Source: Adineta vaga (lineage: Eukaryota > Animalia > Rotifera). Taken from it: DNA of 64,000 nucleotides. Every line of letters starts with the position of its first letter. Positions within the stretch are counted from its first letter, which is position 1. Under the pieces are notes generated by a model. It searched no databases, was not told where the DNA came from, and saw only the letters and a list, made by a program, of their open reading frames with translations. This document shows, piece after piece, positions 27,881 through 41,800 of this stretch. The translations under genes and the position numbers were made by a program. The stretch covers positions 9,672,001 through 9,736,000 of the forward strand of contig CP075493.1 in the NCBI GenBank assembly GCA_021613535.1, read 5' to 3'.

Positions 27881-30800
27881 TTAAGATGATGTTGATGATG
27901 GTTTGAGCATACCTTTGGCGATGAGAAATGAGAAATTGTCTTGCAATTCAAGATCATCATCACTGTTCATCAATCCATTTTCTTGTTCAGTAAAATCTAA
28001 CATCCGATGACTTGCATTTCCAGATGAATCTGAATTACTTGTAGGATGTTCTGGTGTGCTTGATGATATTGGTTGCTGATGTGTTGTTGAATTGTTTTCA
28101 GTTGTATCTGATGATGATGATGATTGTCTTCGAAATATATCCATCATATTATTTACTTGCATAACTTCATTAGTATTTGTATCATTATGAACAAAATAAT
28201 TTTCATCATCGGGTATATTGAAATCATTTTTCAATTCATCACCATCATCGTCGTTGTCTTCATCTGATGATGAACTATTTGAATTTGTTGATGGTTGCTT
28301 TTCATTGCTATTTGCTAAATAGATCGGTTGATTTTTCCACAAGAGATCGTTCTTCGATATTGCCTAGATAAAAGAAACACAGAACTACAATATCTATCTA
28401 TTTAATCAATCTGTCTACTGCCGCCATGATTGGAAAGAAGATATGATTGATAAATTTTCGTTTGTTCGTTCGTTCGCTCGTTTCTTTTATTGGTAGTGTA
28501 CTAAGGCAAGAAAAAGAATAACATACACATACATATCTGCATACAAAAGAAAAATAGATATAAAAACAAACTACGAAAAAATGTTCAATAGATAGAAATA
28601 GACGACAAAATGCATACCAATAGGGACGAAAGGCAGACAGCGGCAGCAGACAGATTTGTATGTATATGCTTTTTGTATGAACCAGCATTTGTCGAGATTT
28701 TCTTTTCCTTTTTTAGGATTCATCGTGTTCATTTCCTACCTCATCTCGTAGTGTTGAGGAGGATCGTATTGGAAAAAGTCCAAAGTCATTATTGATTTCA
28801 TTGGTTTGTAAAGAACATAATTGTTCGAAATTCGATTCGGTTGCAGATGTGGCATTTTTTTCTTGTTGTTTTCGATGATTTTCAAATAAATCAGGTAATA
28901 TCGGTGGAGTATTTGTTTTCGGCTGATCATCATGATCATTAGAAGTTGTTTTTGAACTAAGATTATCATTTATTTCTTGATACCAAAGTGTATCTTCATT
29001 GAATTTTGATGGAAAGTCAGGCTCAAATGAAATCTATTCGAGAAGAACACAAAGTGTCAAATATTATTTTGCTACATGTTTTCATTACTTTTTTCATTTC
29101 AGCAACTTTTTTTTCATTTGCTGTTTGATCATTCTTCATTAATTCATCATCAATATCAAATCGTTCGACTTCATCCTAAACAGATAGAAACAATTGTTTA
29201 TTCGTTAAAGAACTTTTTTGTTATATTTACATCTTCTTCATCATCATCATCCACATAAGGTTTTGTACCAAATGATTTCTTATGAAATGTTTGTCGTCGT
29301 AAACTTGCTTCCGTATTATCAGTTGCACTACCCATATGTGTTAGAAAAGATGATGTTGTTGATCGAAAACTACTTGTTGTACGTTCAGTAATATGCATTG
29401 CTGACCATTTCTTTTCATCTTCATTCAAATGATCTAGTATAGTTTGCCAACGTGTCTGTAATGCATTCGTATTTTCATCTGTATGTTGAAAAAAAGATGA
29501 ATAATTGTCGAATGTTAAAGCATGATCACGTAAATAGCGGAGAATTTGAGCAATATGTCCAGAATTTGGTGATTTAAAACGAATCTTTTCCGTTGATGAA
29601 TTGTCTAATTTCGTTTTTTCATATTGATCAAATAGATATTCGAATAAATTGACTTCAGTCGGATTTAAAAGCGATTGAAATAATTTATGTAAACATCGAC
29701 TTTTATAATGGAATGCTGAAGACTCAGAAAATTCTTCCTGATTTTCCAGTCTTGTACGTGTCCATAGATCATTAGGTTGTTTCACAACAATCGAATTGTT
29801 ATGAATTATTGAACGAATAATGAAATAAACTTGTGTATGTAGAAAATTATTGTAAATATGTCGAAGAAATAAATCAATTAAGATTTGTAATAAACGACTG
29901 GAATTAAGTATTTCATAGATATGATCACCGGCATAATCATTCGAAATAGTCGAGATTAATTTAGAAAAAAATTTAATTAAATTTAAACGTGTCGAACCTA
30001 AGAAAGAAACATAGAATAAATATAACGAACAAGAAAGAAGTCGAAAATTTAACCGAGAGGATCATGAATAAATTGATATTTGATTGTTTGAGAATTTTCA
30101 TTCGATGTTGAAATTAATGGTTGTGTTGGTGAAGAAAGTAAAGTAATTAATGATGGTAAATGAGAAGGAATAACTTCAATTAAATTTAAATAAATACGAA
30201 CAAGAGGATCTTTGGTAAGATTTAGGAAAGCAGTTTCATTCTCAGTAGATTTATTCACCGGTGGAGTATCTCCTTCATCATTAATCTAAAAAGAGATTTA
30301 CATTTAGTGTTCTATAATCTCAATGTTTTTTCTTCTACCTGCATTGGTTCATCTTTAATCGATGTTAATGAAATACATATAGGTACAGGCATTTGTCGAT
30401 TAAGAAGATCAAGAATACTTTCAAGAAATTCACATCCAACGGCAACAAGTATTGGACGTTTTATTAATGCATCAAATATTCGTTCGAGATTAAATTTAGA
30501 TACGATATGTTCAGCAAGAACAACGGGCGTTAGTTTTTCTTCGGTATCAGCATTTGTCGATTTCTTTTCATCATCACTACTCGATGAATAATGACGAGCT
30601 GATAATGTTCCTGAATAGAAAAGAAAAACAAAAGAAAATTAGATAGAGGAGAAGTACGTGAAATAAACAAACCTTGACTATTTTCCATTCTACCATAGAG
30701 TAAACGTTCGATTGTTGCTGATAATGATGGTCCAGTAGTATCAAAATCAAGGCCAACTTGTTGATCAAATGCTAAACGTAAAAGTTCACTAAGTAAACTT

Positions 30801-31420
30801 GTTATATTAATTTGAATAGATTTTGATTCAGTTAATAGAAATTGTTCAATAAGACCATCAATTAAATTGATATCTTCATACCATTTAATTGCATCTGAAC
30901 GTTGTTCAGCTGAATCAGATATGAAATGATACAACATATCTGTCATTGATGTTGAATCAAGATGACGAAGAAAATCTTCTTTAAATGTATCTCGAGATTT
31001 GAAATAAATTAGAATTTCATTTGGTTTACGTATAATTAATGTATTTATAATTCGAACAAAATAAGATGCAAGAATAGGATTTAATGTTTCATTATCTTTT
31101 GATAAGAGAAATGAATATAATAGATCTAAATTTTCTTTTTCTAAAAGAGCATCTTGAACACGTTGAAAATCTCCTGATAATAATTCACTAACAACATTTG
31201 CATTTCGATAATCTGCATCACTTGGAATTGTAATGATATGATGAATTAATTCTTGCATAATATTTCCTTGAACAAGATAATCAAGTAAAAGTTTATTTTG
31301 ATTAAGACATTCTTGTATTAAATCTGATTCATTGAGAAAATCTTGTAGTTTTCGTTCATCAACTGGTAAATCAAGTAACTTATCAATTGAAGATGTAACG
31401 ACATGACATTCCCAAAACAT
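27881..31420 (-). CDS. PPP6R3: SAPS-domain PP6 phosphatase regulatory subunit (PPP6R1-3 family), multi-exon
   Basis: Motifs MFW...IDKLLD...NESDLIQECLNQNKLLLDYL, LNPILASYF, PLGSTRLNLIKFF and YNNFLHTQV, followed by an acidic Ser-rich C-terminus. Confidence 0.85.
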
Positions 31421-32509
31421 GATTATATCGTTGTCGAGTCGAGTTTTTCTTTTTTTATAAATATGAAAATTACCTAGAAGAATACAAAAGAAAACACACT
31501 GTAATAGTTGAAATTAATAATAAAGAATTCTTTTTCTATCCGATCATATTACAATCTACCTTTGCTTTCATATAACTCTTTCTGCACATGTTTATCTCCT
31601 TCTGTCGAGTTATTTAGCTAGATTTCATCCAATCCGACTAGTTTCCTGATCAAACAGAACAAAAAGAGGAATGAAGGCTTCAATGTTCATTGAATTGAAC
31701 AACTTAAAAATGTGTTTATGAAGTCTTCTAAGTCTTGGGAACTAAGACAACAAATCACAGTGGATTGTTTTCAATCATTGATAGTAGCAAGTGTTAAAAG
31801 ATAAATTCAAGAGAGTAATAGAAAGTAAATTTCATATCTTAGATCAATAAATAGGAAAAACAACATCAGTGTCATACATTTCGAACGTCAACATTGTTTA
31901 AATTGATTCTAGCGATAATTATTGATATAATTTAAAATGAAAAAATTTGATTTAAATCAAATGATTTTATTCTTTTAAACACATTAAAATTTTATAATAA
32001 TAATAATTTTCGAAATTTGCAGACACAGATGTCGCTAATGATCAAGAGATACAAATTTACTTTCTCAAGAGTATATTTTAGTTGTCATCATCAAGAATAA
32101 TTCAATGTTGATTCTGTTTTTACGACATTGTCGTTGTCAAGTGCTCATATTTGTTTTTCAATTCTCTTCTTTCTCTTACTCGATAGTTAAGAACATCTAT
32201 TTCAATCGTTTCCGATCCGATTTCAAGAGAGTAATATGTCAATTAAGTATGAAGTGATTGACATGCAGTTAACAAAACAATAAAATAAAATTGGTTCAAC
32301 TAATAAACAGCATAATTTATTCTAAATACATCCGATAATTATTGACCTAGTTGATGAAGCGGAGCAACTTGTTCTTTTAAATATCAACAATAGATTTATT
32401 TGACTTTAACATATAAGTTTTGAATCAACATTAGTAATGAGTTAGTAGAAAGAATTAGGTAAAGATTGTAATTCTAAATAAAGGGAGAGAGAGAGAAAAA
32501 AAAGAAAGA

Positions 32510-32522
32510 GTTACTTAGCAAC
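32510..32522. promoter_or_regulatory. RFX X-box upstream of axonemal dynein
   Basis: GTTACT-T-AGCAAC fits the X-box consensus GTNRCY-N(0-3)-RGYAAC. It sits in the near-palindrome AGAGTTACTTAGCAACTCT, ~360 bp upstream of the dynein ATG. Confidence 0.6.
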
Positions 32523-32878
32523 TCTCATGTAAGTGTATATGTGTATGTGTTCGCCTTGCATTTTTTCAGACAAGAAACGAAGCAAGGGAGAACGTTTGAT
32601 AACGGTAGGATAGGTAAGTAACAGAAGAAAGAAAAAAAAAGAAGAAGAAATGTTTGAAACTCATTAATCGATTCCTTTTCAACGACAATGACGACGATAA
32701 TGTTATTCGTCGTCTAAATAAAAATATTCTTGAATTGTTGCCAGTCATTTGTTGTAGACAAAAATTCTCTCTTTGGCAAGTACTTGTTACGACTACTTCA
32801 ATTCGAAATTAAAAGAAACAGGTCGTTGTACTTTCATTCCATTTTTAGATTCTTGTGTGTGTGTATTCATTCAGCAAT

Positions 32879-35800
32879 ATGGCCGATGAACTCGATATTG
32901 CTGACGTACGCGTCTATTTTCTTGCTGATTATTTGATTAAATCGTTACGTCTACGATCGGATAAATGGACTAAAATGATCCAAATTGAAGATCAAAATCG
33001 AACAATTCTAGATTTTTGTGACAAAGCTCAACCAACTCTAGTGGTCTTTCATGTTAATCCAGCTGGAAATCTTGTACGATGAATTTTTTTCTTCTCATCA
33101 TTTGATCTATTTGATATATTTAGGTTGTTGGAACTTCATTTCCTGCATCACTTAAAAGCAAGGCATGTTTTTTTGCAAAAAAATTACCTGAACCATTACA
33201 ACGTGAATCAAAAGAAAAAGTTGCTTCAGCTTTAAACTTTGGTGATTTATCCAATGCTGCACTTGAACAATTACAAATCTATGTGAATGATGTAAATCTT
33301 TTCTTTCAATTTGAAGATTCTTTTCATTGAAAATGAAAAATTTTACATATAGGTCATTCGTCCATTGATTACTACACCACAAAATCATGAAGAATGGCCT
33401 GATGTTGTTTCAAGTGATTTACAAAAGCATGTTTCTGATCTTCAATCTCAACTTCAAGTGGTTACCAGTCTTGTTAAAGGTAAAATTTTACTTCCCTATC
33501 CAAAGTATACTGCTCCAACAACATCAACAAATGGAACATCAACACATGCTAATGGCCATTCACGAACATCAGAATCATTACAAACAAGTTCAAGAAAGTA
33601 AATAGAAAATCATTGATTTGATCATACGACTATACTTTCATCTATATTTTAGTGGAGAAGTGATTGATTTAAAATTAGTTCATGCTGTCGAATCTGTTGT
33701 CATTGATTGGTCGCATCAAATTCGTCAAGTATTAAAAAAAGATTCAGCACAACCCTTACTCGACGGTCTCGATCCATTACCATCAACTGAAATTGAATTC
33801 TGGAAATCGAAACGATCACATTTAGAATCAATTTCCGAACAAGTAAGCACAACATTTTTATGAAAAAAACAAACAGTAATCAATTCATTTCTTTAGCTCA
33901 ATGATCCGCGTGTTACGAAAATGGGTGAATTACTTGATAAGAGTAAAAGTTCTTATTATCCATCATTTTCACAAATACAAAGCGATGTTAGTCATGCACT
34001 TGAAGAAGCACAAGATATTGATACATATCTACGTCCATTAGCAAGTCATTTCGAAACATTAGAAACAACAGATTTTCTTGAAGCTAAATATTTATTTAAA
34101 CCCATGTTTCATATCATTGCTTTAGTTTATGATAATTGTCAACACTATGCAAGTGCATCAAGAATTGTTGTTCTTTTGCAAGAAATATGTAACTTAGTAA
34201 TGAAACAAGCAAGTGAACATTTAGAACCGATGGAATTATTTAAAGGAGAAGTTGACGAAGCATTAAGAAAGATTGATGATACAATAGAATCATTAGAAGA
34301 ATTTCGTAAAGAATATGATGAAACTCGACAATTGATGGGTGCAAAATGGGATTTTTCTCCGGAACTTGTTTTTACTAAATGGAATAGTTTTATCAAACGA
34401 GTAGAGAAAATCAAAGAATTATTTTCTACAGCAAATGCTTTTCTTAAATTAGAAAAAGTTGAAATTGGTGGTGTTAAAGGTTGTATAGACAAATATGTCA
34501 TTTTCTGAATGAAAGTAATCTTGATATTTAGGTCGTGCTTTATCAATGGAAATTTTACAAATTTTTGAAGAATTTAAAGAAGCATTTGAAAAATTCAATA
34601 CTAAAACATATAATCCACTTGATACAAAAAATATGGTAACTATTCGTTATTTTATTTCTGTTAATTAGAATTTTTCAAAATTATATTCTATTTCATAGGA
34701 TTTTCTCGAAGATATCGAACAATTTCAAGAAACAATTGATGATCTTGATCGACGTTTAGGTCGTATTGCTAATCAAGCATTTGTGGATTGTAATAGTCTT
34801 GAAGGCATGTTTAAATTAATTCAAATTTTTGGATCATTACTTGATCGACCAAAAATTCATCAAGTTTTTGCACATAATTATGTAATCATTCTCAAACAAG
34901 TTGAACAAGAAATGGATGATGCAAAAGAATTGTTTGATCAACAAATGGCTTATCAAGATGAACATGGTTCTATTCAATTGGAACGTAATATGACGAAAGT
35001 TGCTGGTAGTTTAGTATGGGCTGAAGAACTTAAACAACGTTATACTCAACCAATTGAACAATTTCGAATCTTAGAGAATGAGTAAGATGAAATTTTGTAT
35101 GAAGAAAAGTTTTAAAATTGAAATTCTTGTCCAATTAGAATAACACAGAAACCAGAAGCAAAACGTATTGAAGAAAAATATAATGAATTAGATACATTGG
35201 TTGATGAATTTATTCAAAATCTTTATAAAGAATGGGCTAATAATGTAGGTGAAGCATCGAAATTTAATCTAAACCAAAATTTAATTACACGAAATCGAAA
35301 AAATGATTTAATTCAATTGAATTTCCATCCTCAAGTATGTTTTCTTTTGATTGATTTCAAAAACGTTTTCTATGTTGATATTTTGTAGCTTGAAACAGTT
35401 TTACGAGAAGTTCGTTATCTTGAAATCAAAGATCGCACAGATATACCACAAGCTGCTTTGGATATCTACAAGGACAATAATACATATTTATCTTATATTA
35501 ATAATTTGAATTATACAATAACATCATATAATAAAATTCGTGAAACTGTTGCTGAAGTTGAATTTCCATTGATTGAACGGCAACTTCAAGCAATCGATCA
35601 ACAACTATCAGATGCAGAAAATAAATTGACCTGGGCAACACCTGGTAATATATTAGATCTTATTCATAAATTCATTTCAAAAGAATTGAATATTATCGTA
35701 GAGTCTTCGAAATACTGTTGAGAAATAATAGAGACTTACTAGGAACACGATTGTTGTTATATAGATAAGGAAGAGAATTAAATCTAATTATCATTGTTTT

Positions 35801-38800
35801 TAATTCAGATATTGGTGATTATATTCTTCGTACTCGAACGATGGTGTTTGATCTTGAACAACGTCTTCAAAAATCAAAAAATAATATTCTTGATATTCAA
35901 TCAATCATGGCAACATGGTCCAAAAGTCCATTGTATGAACGTGCAAGTACACGTGGTGGTGCAACGGAAAAACAAACAAGTGCAGATAATCTTCTAATAT
36001 TATCTGATTTAGATGAACGATTAAATAAACGTTACCGAGAAATTCGTGAAGCTGGTGATCGTATACATAGTTTAGTACGTGATAATCGACAATATTTACA
36101 AGTAGATGAAAATGATTCGACAACATCAGAAAATTGGAAAGCTTATGTTGAATATATTGATGAAATGATTACAGATGGATTTTATGCAATTATTCAATGT
36201 GATTTAGATTTCTTTCGACAAGAAACTGATCGAAAAAATAATCCCGAACCATTATTTCAAATCTTTCTCGAAGTTCATGTAAAAAAGTCTAAAACATTCT
36301 TTGAAACTGTCTTCTATCTTTTCATTTTTCTAGCCACCAGAAATGTTATTTTCACCTTCTATTGAACCAAATGCACCTGATGGTTTTGCTGATTTTGTCG
36401 ATGGTCTTATTGCTAATTCGTATAAACAAGCATCATTGATTCCACGTTTAGCTAAACATCTTCCTCATGAAAACTATCAACCAGATATACAAGAAATGAG
36501 TTCTTTAACTGAAATTCGTCATGAAATTAATGATCGTGTTCAACGTGTTCTATCTAAAGCAAATGAATATCAACGTTCATTTGATCGTTATGCATATTTA
36601 TGGACAGATGATCGTAAAGAATTCATGCGACAATTTCTTCTATATGGTCATGTTTTAACACCCGAAGAAATTCAACAACATGCTCTTGATGGTATACCAG
36701 AAAATCCTCCAACAACTGCTCAATTTCGAGAACAAATCGATACATATGAAGCAATTTATGATGAAGTTGAAAAGATTGATCCACTACAAGTTTATGATAA
36801 ATGGTTTCGCATTGATGCACGACCATTTAAACAAACACTTTTGAGTACAGTGAAAAAATGGTCATTCATGTTTAAACAATGGCTTATCGAACATGTTACA
36901 AATAGGTAAAAAACGATTTCTTTCTCTCTCTCTCTTCATTGAACATCTTACTGACTCTATCTTCTTAACTATTTTAGTTTGAATGAACTTCAAGAATTTA
37001 TTCAAAAAACTGATGCACATTTGAAACGTCCAGTAAAAGAAGGTGATTATAATCATCTCGTAGAAATTATGGCACATCTAGCAGCAATTAAACAACGTGA
37101 ACAAGCAACAGATGCACTATTTACACCATTGAAAGAAACAATTGAATTATTGAAATCTTACAATCAAGAATTACCTGAAGAAGTTCATGAACAACTGGAA
37201 ATTTTACCTGAAAAATGGTTAAATCTGAAACGTAATTATGTTGCTATTCGACAAAATGTTGCTCCATTACAAGCACAAGAAAATGCAAAAATACGTCACC
37301 GTTTAACTGAATTCGATGCTTTACAAACACATTTTCGTGAACGATTCAAAAATGAAGCACCATATGCATATGATACGCCCAATGCTTATAGAAGATTGGA
37401 TCGAGTCAATAAAGATTTAGCAAAACAAGAAACAGAATTAGAAAAATTAATGAAATCATCTGCATTATTTGAAGTTTCATTTCCTGATTTTAAATTGATT
37501 AAACAATGTCGAAAAGATATTAAATTATTAAAACAATTATGGGATTACATTAGTTTAGTTCAATATAGTATGAATGATTGGAAATCAACACGCTGGCGTG
37601 AAATCAATGTCGAAGCGAGTAAGAAATATCTTTTCAAATAAATACGTTTTATATCAACCGTTTTTGTTTAATTAGTGGATGCGGAGGTGAAAAAATTTCA
37701 ACGTGATATTAAATTACTCGATAAAGAAATGCGTACATGGAATGCATACATTAAATTAGAACAAATTCTTAAAAATATGATTACAGCACTTCGTTCAATA
37801 ACTGAATTACAAAATGCAGCTATACGTGATCGACATTGGGATGAATTGATGTCTTGCACTGGTGTACAATTTTCTATGTCAGCTCAAACAACTCTTGAAG
37901 AATTACTTAATCTCAATCTATATAATTATGAAGAAGAAGTAAGAAATATTGTTGATAAAGCTGTGAAAGAAATGAGTATGGAAAAAACCATTAAAGATAT
38001 TGAAAATACATGGAAAACAATGGAATTTACAACGGATCCACATCCACGTACAGGCATTCAATTGCTCACAGCAAGTGATGAACTTATTGAAACATTGGAA
38101 GATCATCAAGTACAATTACAGAATATGTTACAATCAAAATATATTGCATTTTTTGAAAATCAAGTTTCATCATGGCAAAAGAAACTTAGTCAAGCTGATC
38201 AAGTGATACAAATTTTACGTGAAGTACAAAAAACATGGGCGCATTTAGAATCGATTTTTATTGGAACAGAAGATATTCGAAAACAATTACCCGAACATTC
38301 ACAACGTTTTGATGAAATCGATCGTGATTTTAAAAAAGTTGCTCAAGAAAATCAACGCGATTTGAATGTTATTAGTTGTACAAATCGTAATGGTGTCTAT
38401 GAACAATTAGAAAGTATCAAAGATCGTTTATCTATCTGTGAGAAAGCATTAGCTGAATACTTAGAAACAAAACGATTAGCTTTTCCAAGGTATTGTCATT
38501 TTCTCTGCTCAAGAAAATATAATGAACTATCTTTAGATTTTATTTTGTATCACCGGCTGAACTCTTAGATATTCTATCGAATGGTAACGTACCAGAAAAA
38601 GTTATGCGACATTTAAGGTATTTCATTTCTTCTGTTATATTGAGTTTTGCGAAAAAATCTTTCTTGTCCTTTAGTAAACTATTTGATTCGATTGCTCGAC
38701 TTGAATTAATTGATAATAAACGTACACGGGATGCGCCTTTCAAAGAAGCAATCGCTATGTATTCAAAAGAATCCGAAAAAGTCGATTTTCGAGATTCATG

Positions 38801-41800
38801 CGATCTTAGTGGTCAAGTTGAAATTTGGCTCAATCGTTTACTTGATAAAATGCGTGAAACAGTTCGTTATTGGTTGGCAGAAGCGATCAACGCATATGAA
38901 GATAAACCACGGGAACTCTGGGTTCAAGATTATCCAGCACAAATCGGTAGATAAGAAAAAAAAACGAAAAATCTTGTGAATAAAATGAACTCTTCCTTCT
39001 TCTATAGCTTTAACTGGTTCACAAGTGTTTTGGACAATGGAAGTAAATGCTGCATTTGCGCGTATTGAAGAAGGTTATGAAAATGGTTTGAAAGATTACT
39101 ATAAAAAAGCTGTTGGTCAATTGAACGCATTGATTGAAATGTTATTGACGGATATTTCACCATTAGAACGACAAAAAATTGAAACTATTTGTACAATTGA
39201 TGTGCATGCTCGTGATGTTGTAGCAAAGATGGTTCAAGCTAAAGTAAGTTCATGAATTCGAATACAGAGCATGGAAGAGAAAGATGAATTTGTAGGTGGA
39301 AAATGCGAACGAATTTTTATGGCAATGTCAATTGAGACATCGATGGGATGAACGAGAAAAAGATTGTTTTGCTAATATATGTGATGCACAATTTCGATAT
39401 GCACATGAATATCTCGGAAATCAACCACGTCTGGTCATAACACCATTGACTGATAGGTACGATTTGTATGATACGTTTAATGAAATTACATGATTACTTT
39501 CTTTGTGAATAGATGTTATATTACATTGACACAATCACTTCATTTAATTATGGGCGGAGCACCTGCTGGACCAGGTAAGGCTTTTCTTTTATTTCGAATA
39601 CACTTGAAGAGTTTTTTCTGCTTTGTAGCCGGTACTGGAAAAACAGAAACAACTAAAGATCTAGGTCGAGCATTAGGTGTTATGGTTTATGTTTTTAATT
39701 GTTCTGAACAGATGGATTATCAATCGATTGGAAATATCTATAAAGGCTTATCACAAACAGGTGCCTGGGGTTGTTTCGATGAATTCAATCGTATCTCTGT
39801 CGAAGTACTTTCGGTATGTTTGCAGTTATTTTATGAATTACTTTTTGAACAAGAATAATTTGTTTGATGAACAGGTCGTTGCAGTACAAGTCAAAACAAT
39901 TCAAGATGCTATTCGAGATAAAAAACAACGATTTAATTTTATGGGTACCGACATTAGTCTAAATCCTGTTGTTGGTCTTTTCATTACAATGGTATGTCTT
40001 GTAGAACGATCGATATATTTTTCTTTGTATTTCTCATTCATAGAATCCAGGTTATGCTGGTCGAACAGAACTACCTGAGAACTTGAAAGCATTATTTCGT
40101 CCATGTGCTATGGTTGTTCCAGATATTGAAATGATTTGCGAAATTATGCTTGTTACATCGGGTTTTAAAGATGGCAAATTATTATCCTGTAAATTTATTA
40201 CATTGTACAATTTATGTAAAGAATTATTATCAAAACAACATCATTATGATTGGGGTTTACGAGCTGTCAAATCAGTATTAGTTGTGGCTGGTGCTTTACG
40301 TCGTGCAGATCCTAATCGACCAGAACGAGAAGTTTTAATGCGAGCATTACGAGATTTTAATATACCAAAAATTGTTCATGATGATTTACCAATCTTTATG
40401 GTATGTTATGATGATGAGTTGAAATAAATATAATATTCTATTGTATGCATAGGGTTTAATTGGAGATCTATTTCCTGCACTTGATGTACCACGTAAACGT
40501 GATTTGAAATTTGAAGAAGAAGTTAAACGTGCTGCTCTTGATCTTAAACTTCAACCTGAAGATGCATTTGTTCTGAAAGTTGTACAATTAAAAGAACTTT
40601 TTGAAGTTCGTCATTCAGTATTTATTGTTGGTAATGCTGGTACAGGTAAAAGTCAAATATGGAAAACATTAAATCGATTGTATTTAAATGAAAAACGACG
40701 ACCTGTGGCTATTGATCTTGATCCGAAAGCAGTTACTAATAATGAACTATTCGGATTTATGAATTCATCTACACGAGAATGGAAAGATGGTTTGTTTTCA
40801 ACCATTATGCGAGATCTAGCAAATATGATACATGATGGTAATCATAAGGAGAAAGACTATTTTCATTGAATTTGAATGGTTTTCTTTTTCTTCAGGTCCA
40901 AAATGGGTCGTTCTTGATGGTGATATTGATCCAATGTGGATTGAATCATTGAATACAGTTATGGACGATAATAAAGTCTTAACATTAGCTAGTAATGAAC
41001 GTATCCCACTTAATCCAACGATGCGTTTATTATTTGAAATCAGTCATTTACGAACGGCTACACCAGCAACTGTTTCACGTGCTGGTATTCTTTATATCAA
41101 TCCACAAGATCTTGGCTGGGGTTTGTTTTTCTATAGAATAGTTTCGAAACTTTCGTTTTTCTCTTGTCTCAGGTCCACAAGTTGCTACATGGATTGAATC
41201 TCGTCCAATTCAATCGGAACGTGCTAATCTACAAATTCTATTTGATAAATATCTTCCGACTTGTATGGAAATGATAAAATCGAATCGTTTCAAAAAAATT
41301 ACTCCACTCGTCGACGGTTGTCATGTTTGGATGTTATGTCACCTACTAGAATGTTTACTTGTTCCGGAAAATTGTCCACCCGAATGTTCAAAAGAACTTT
41401 ATGAACATTATTTTGTTTGGGCTTGTATATGGGCGATGGGTGCATCCTTATTTCAAGATCAAGTAAGCATGATTTTGTTTTTCTAAAAAAAGAAAACTTT
41501 ATTTAAAATAATAATTAACAAAACTCATAGTACACTGCTTATCGCACAGATGTAAGTATTGATTTTGTTGGCTCGGCTTTGATTATTCCTATCTCTGATA
41601 TTCTTCTACCTATTGTTGTATCCCATTAAATAAGAGACATGATTTTTTTATGATGATTTTCGTTGTGATAAATGAAAGATTTGATTTATGACCTTTTGAT
41701 TCTTCTAAAAATAGTTAATTGATCATCGTGTGGAATTTTCACGTTGGTGGACATTGGAATTCAAAGCAGTGAAATTTCCAACCACAGCACATACAACTGT

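Noticed and set aside
28398-28688. 96-aa ORF inside the PPP6R intron as an alternative exon
   Set aside because: I could not find phase-compatible splice sites that keep the frame open, and the translation is low-complexity.
37613-37676. Apparent GC-AG intron in dynein (GAA GCGAGT)
   Set aside because: The canonical GCG A|GTAAG...TAG|TG join restores E-A-M-D in frame.
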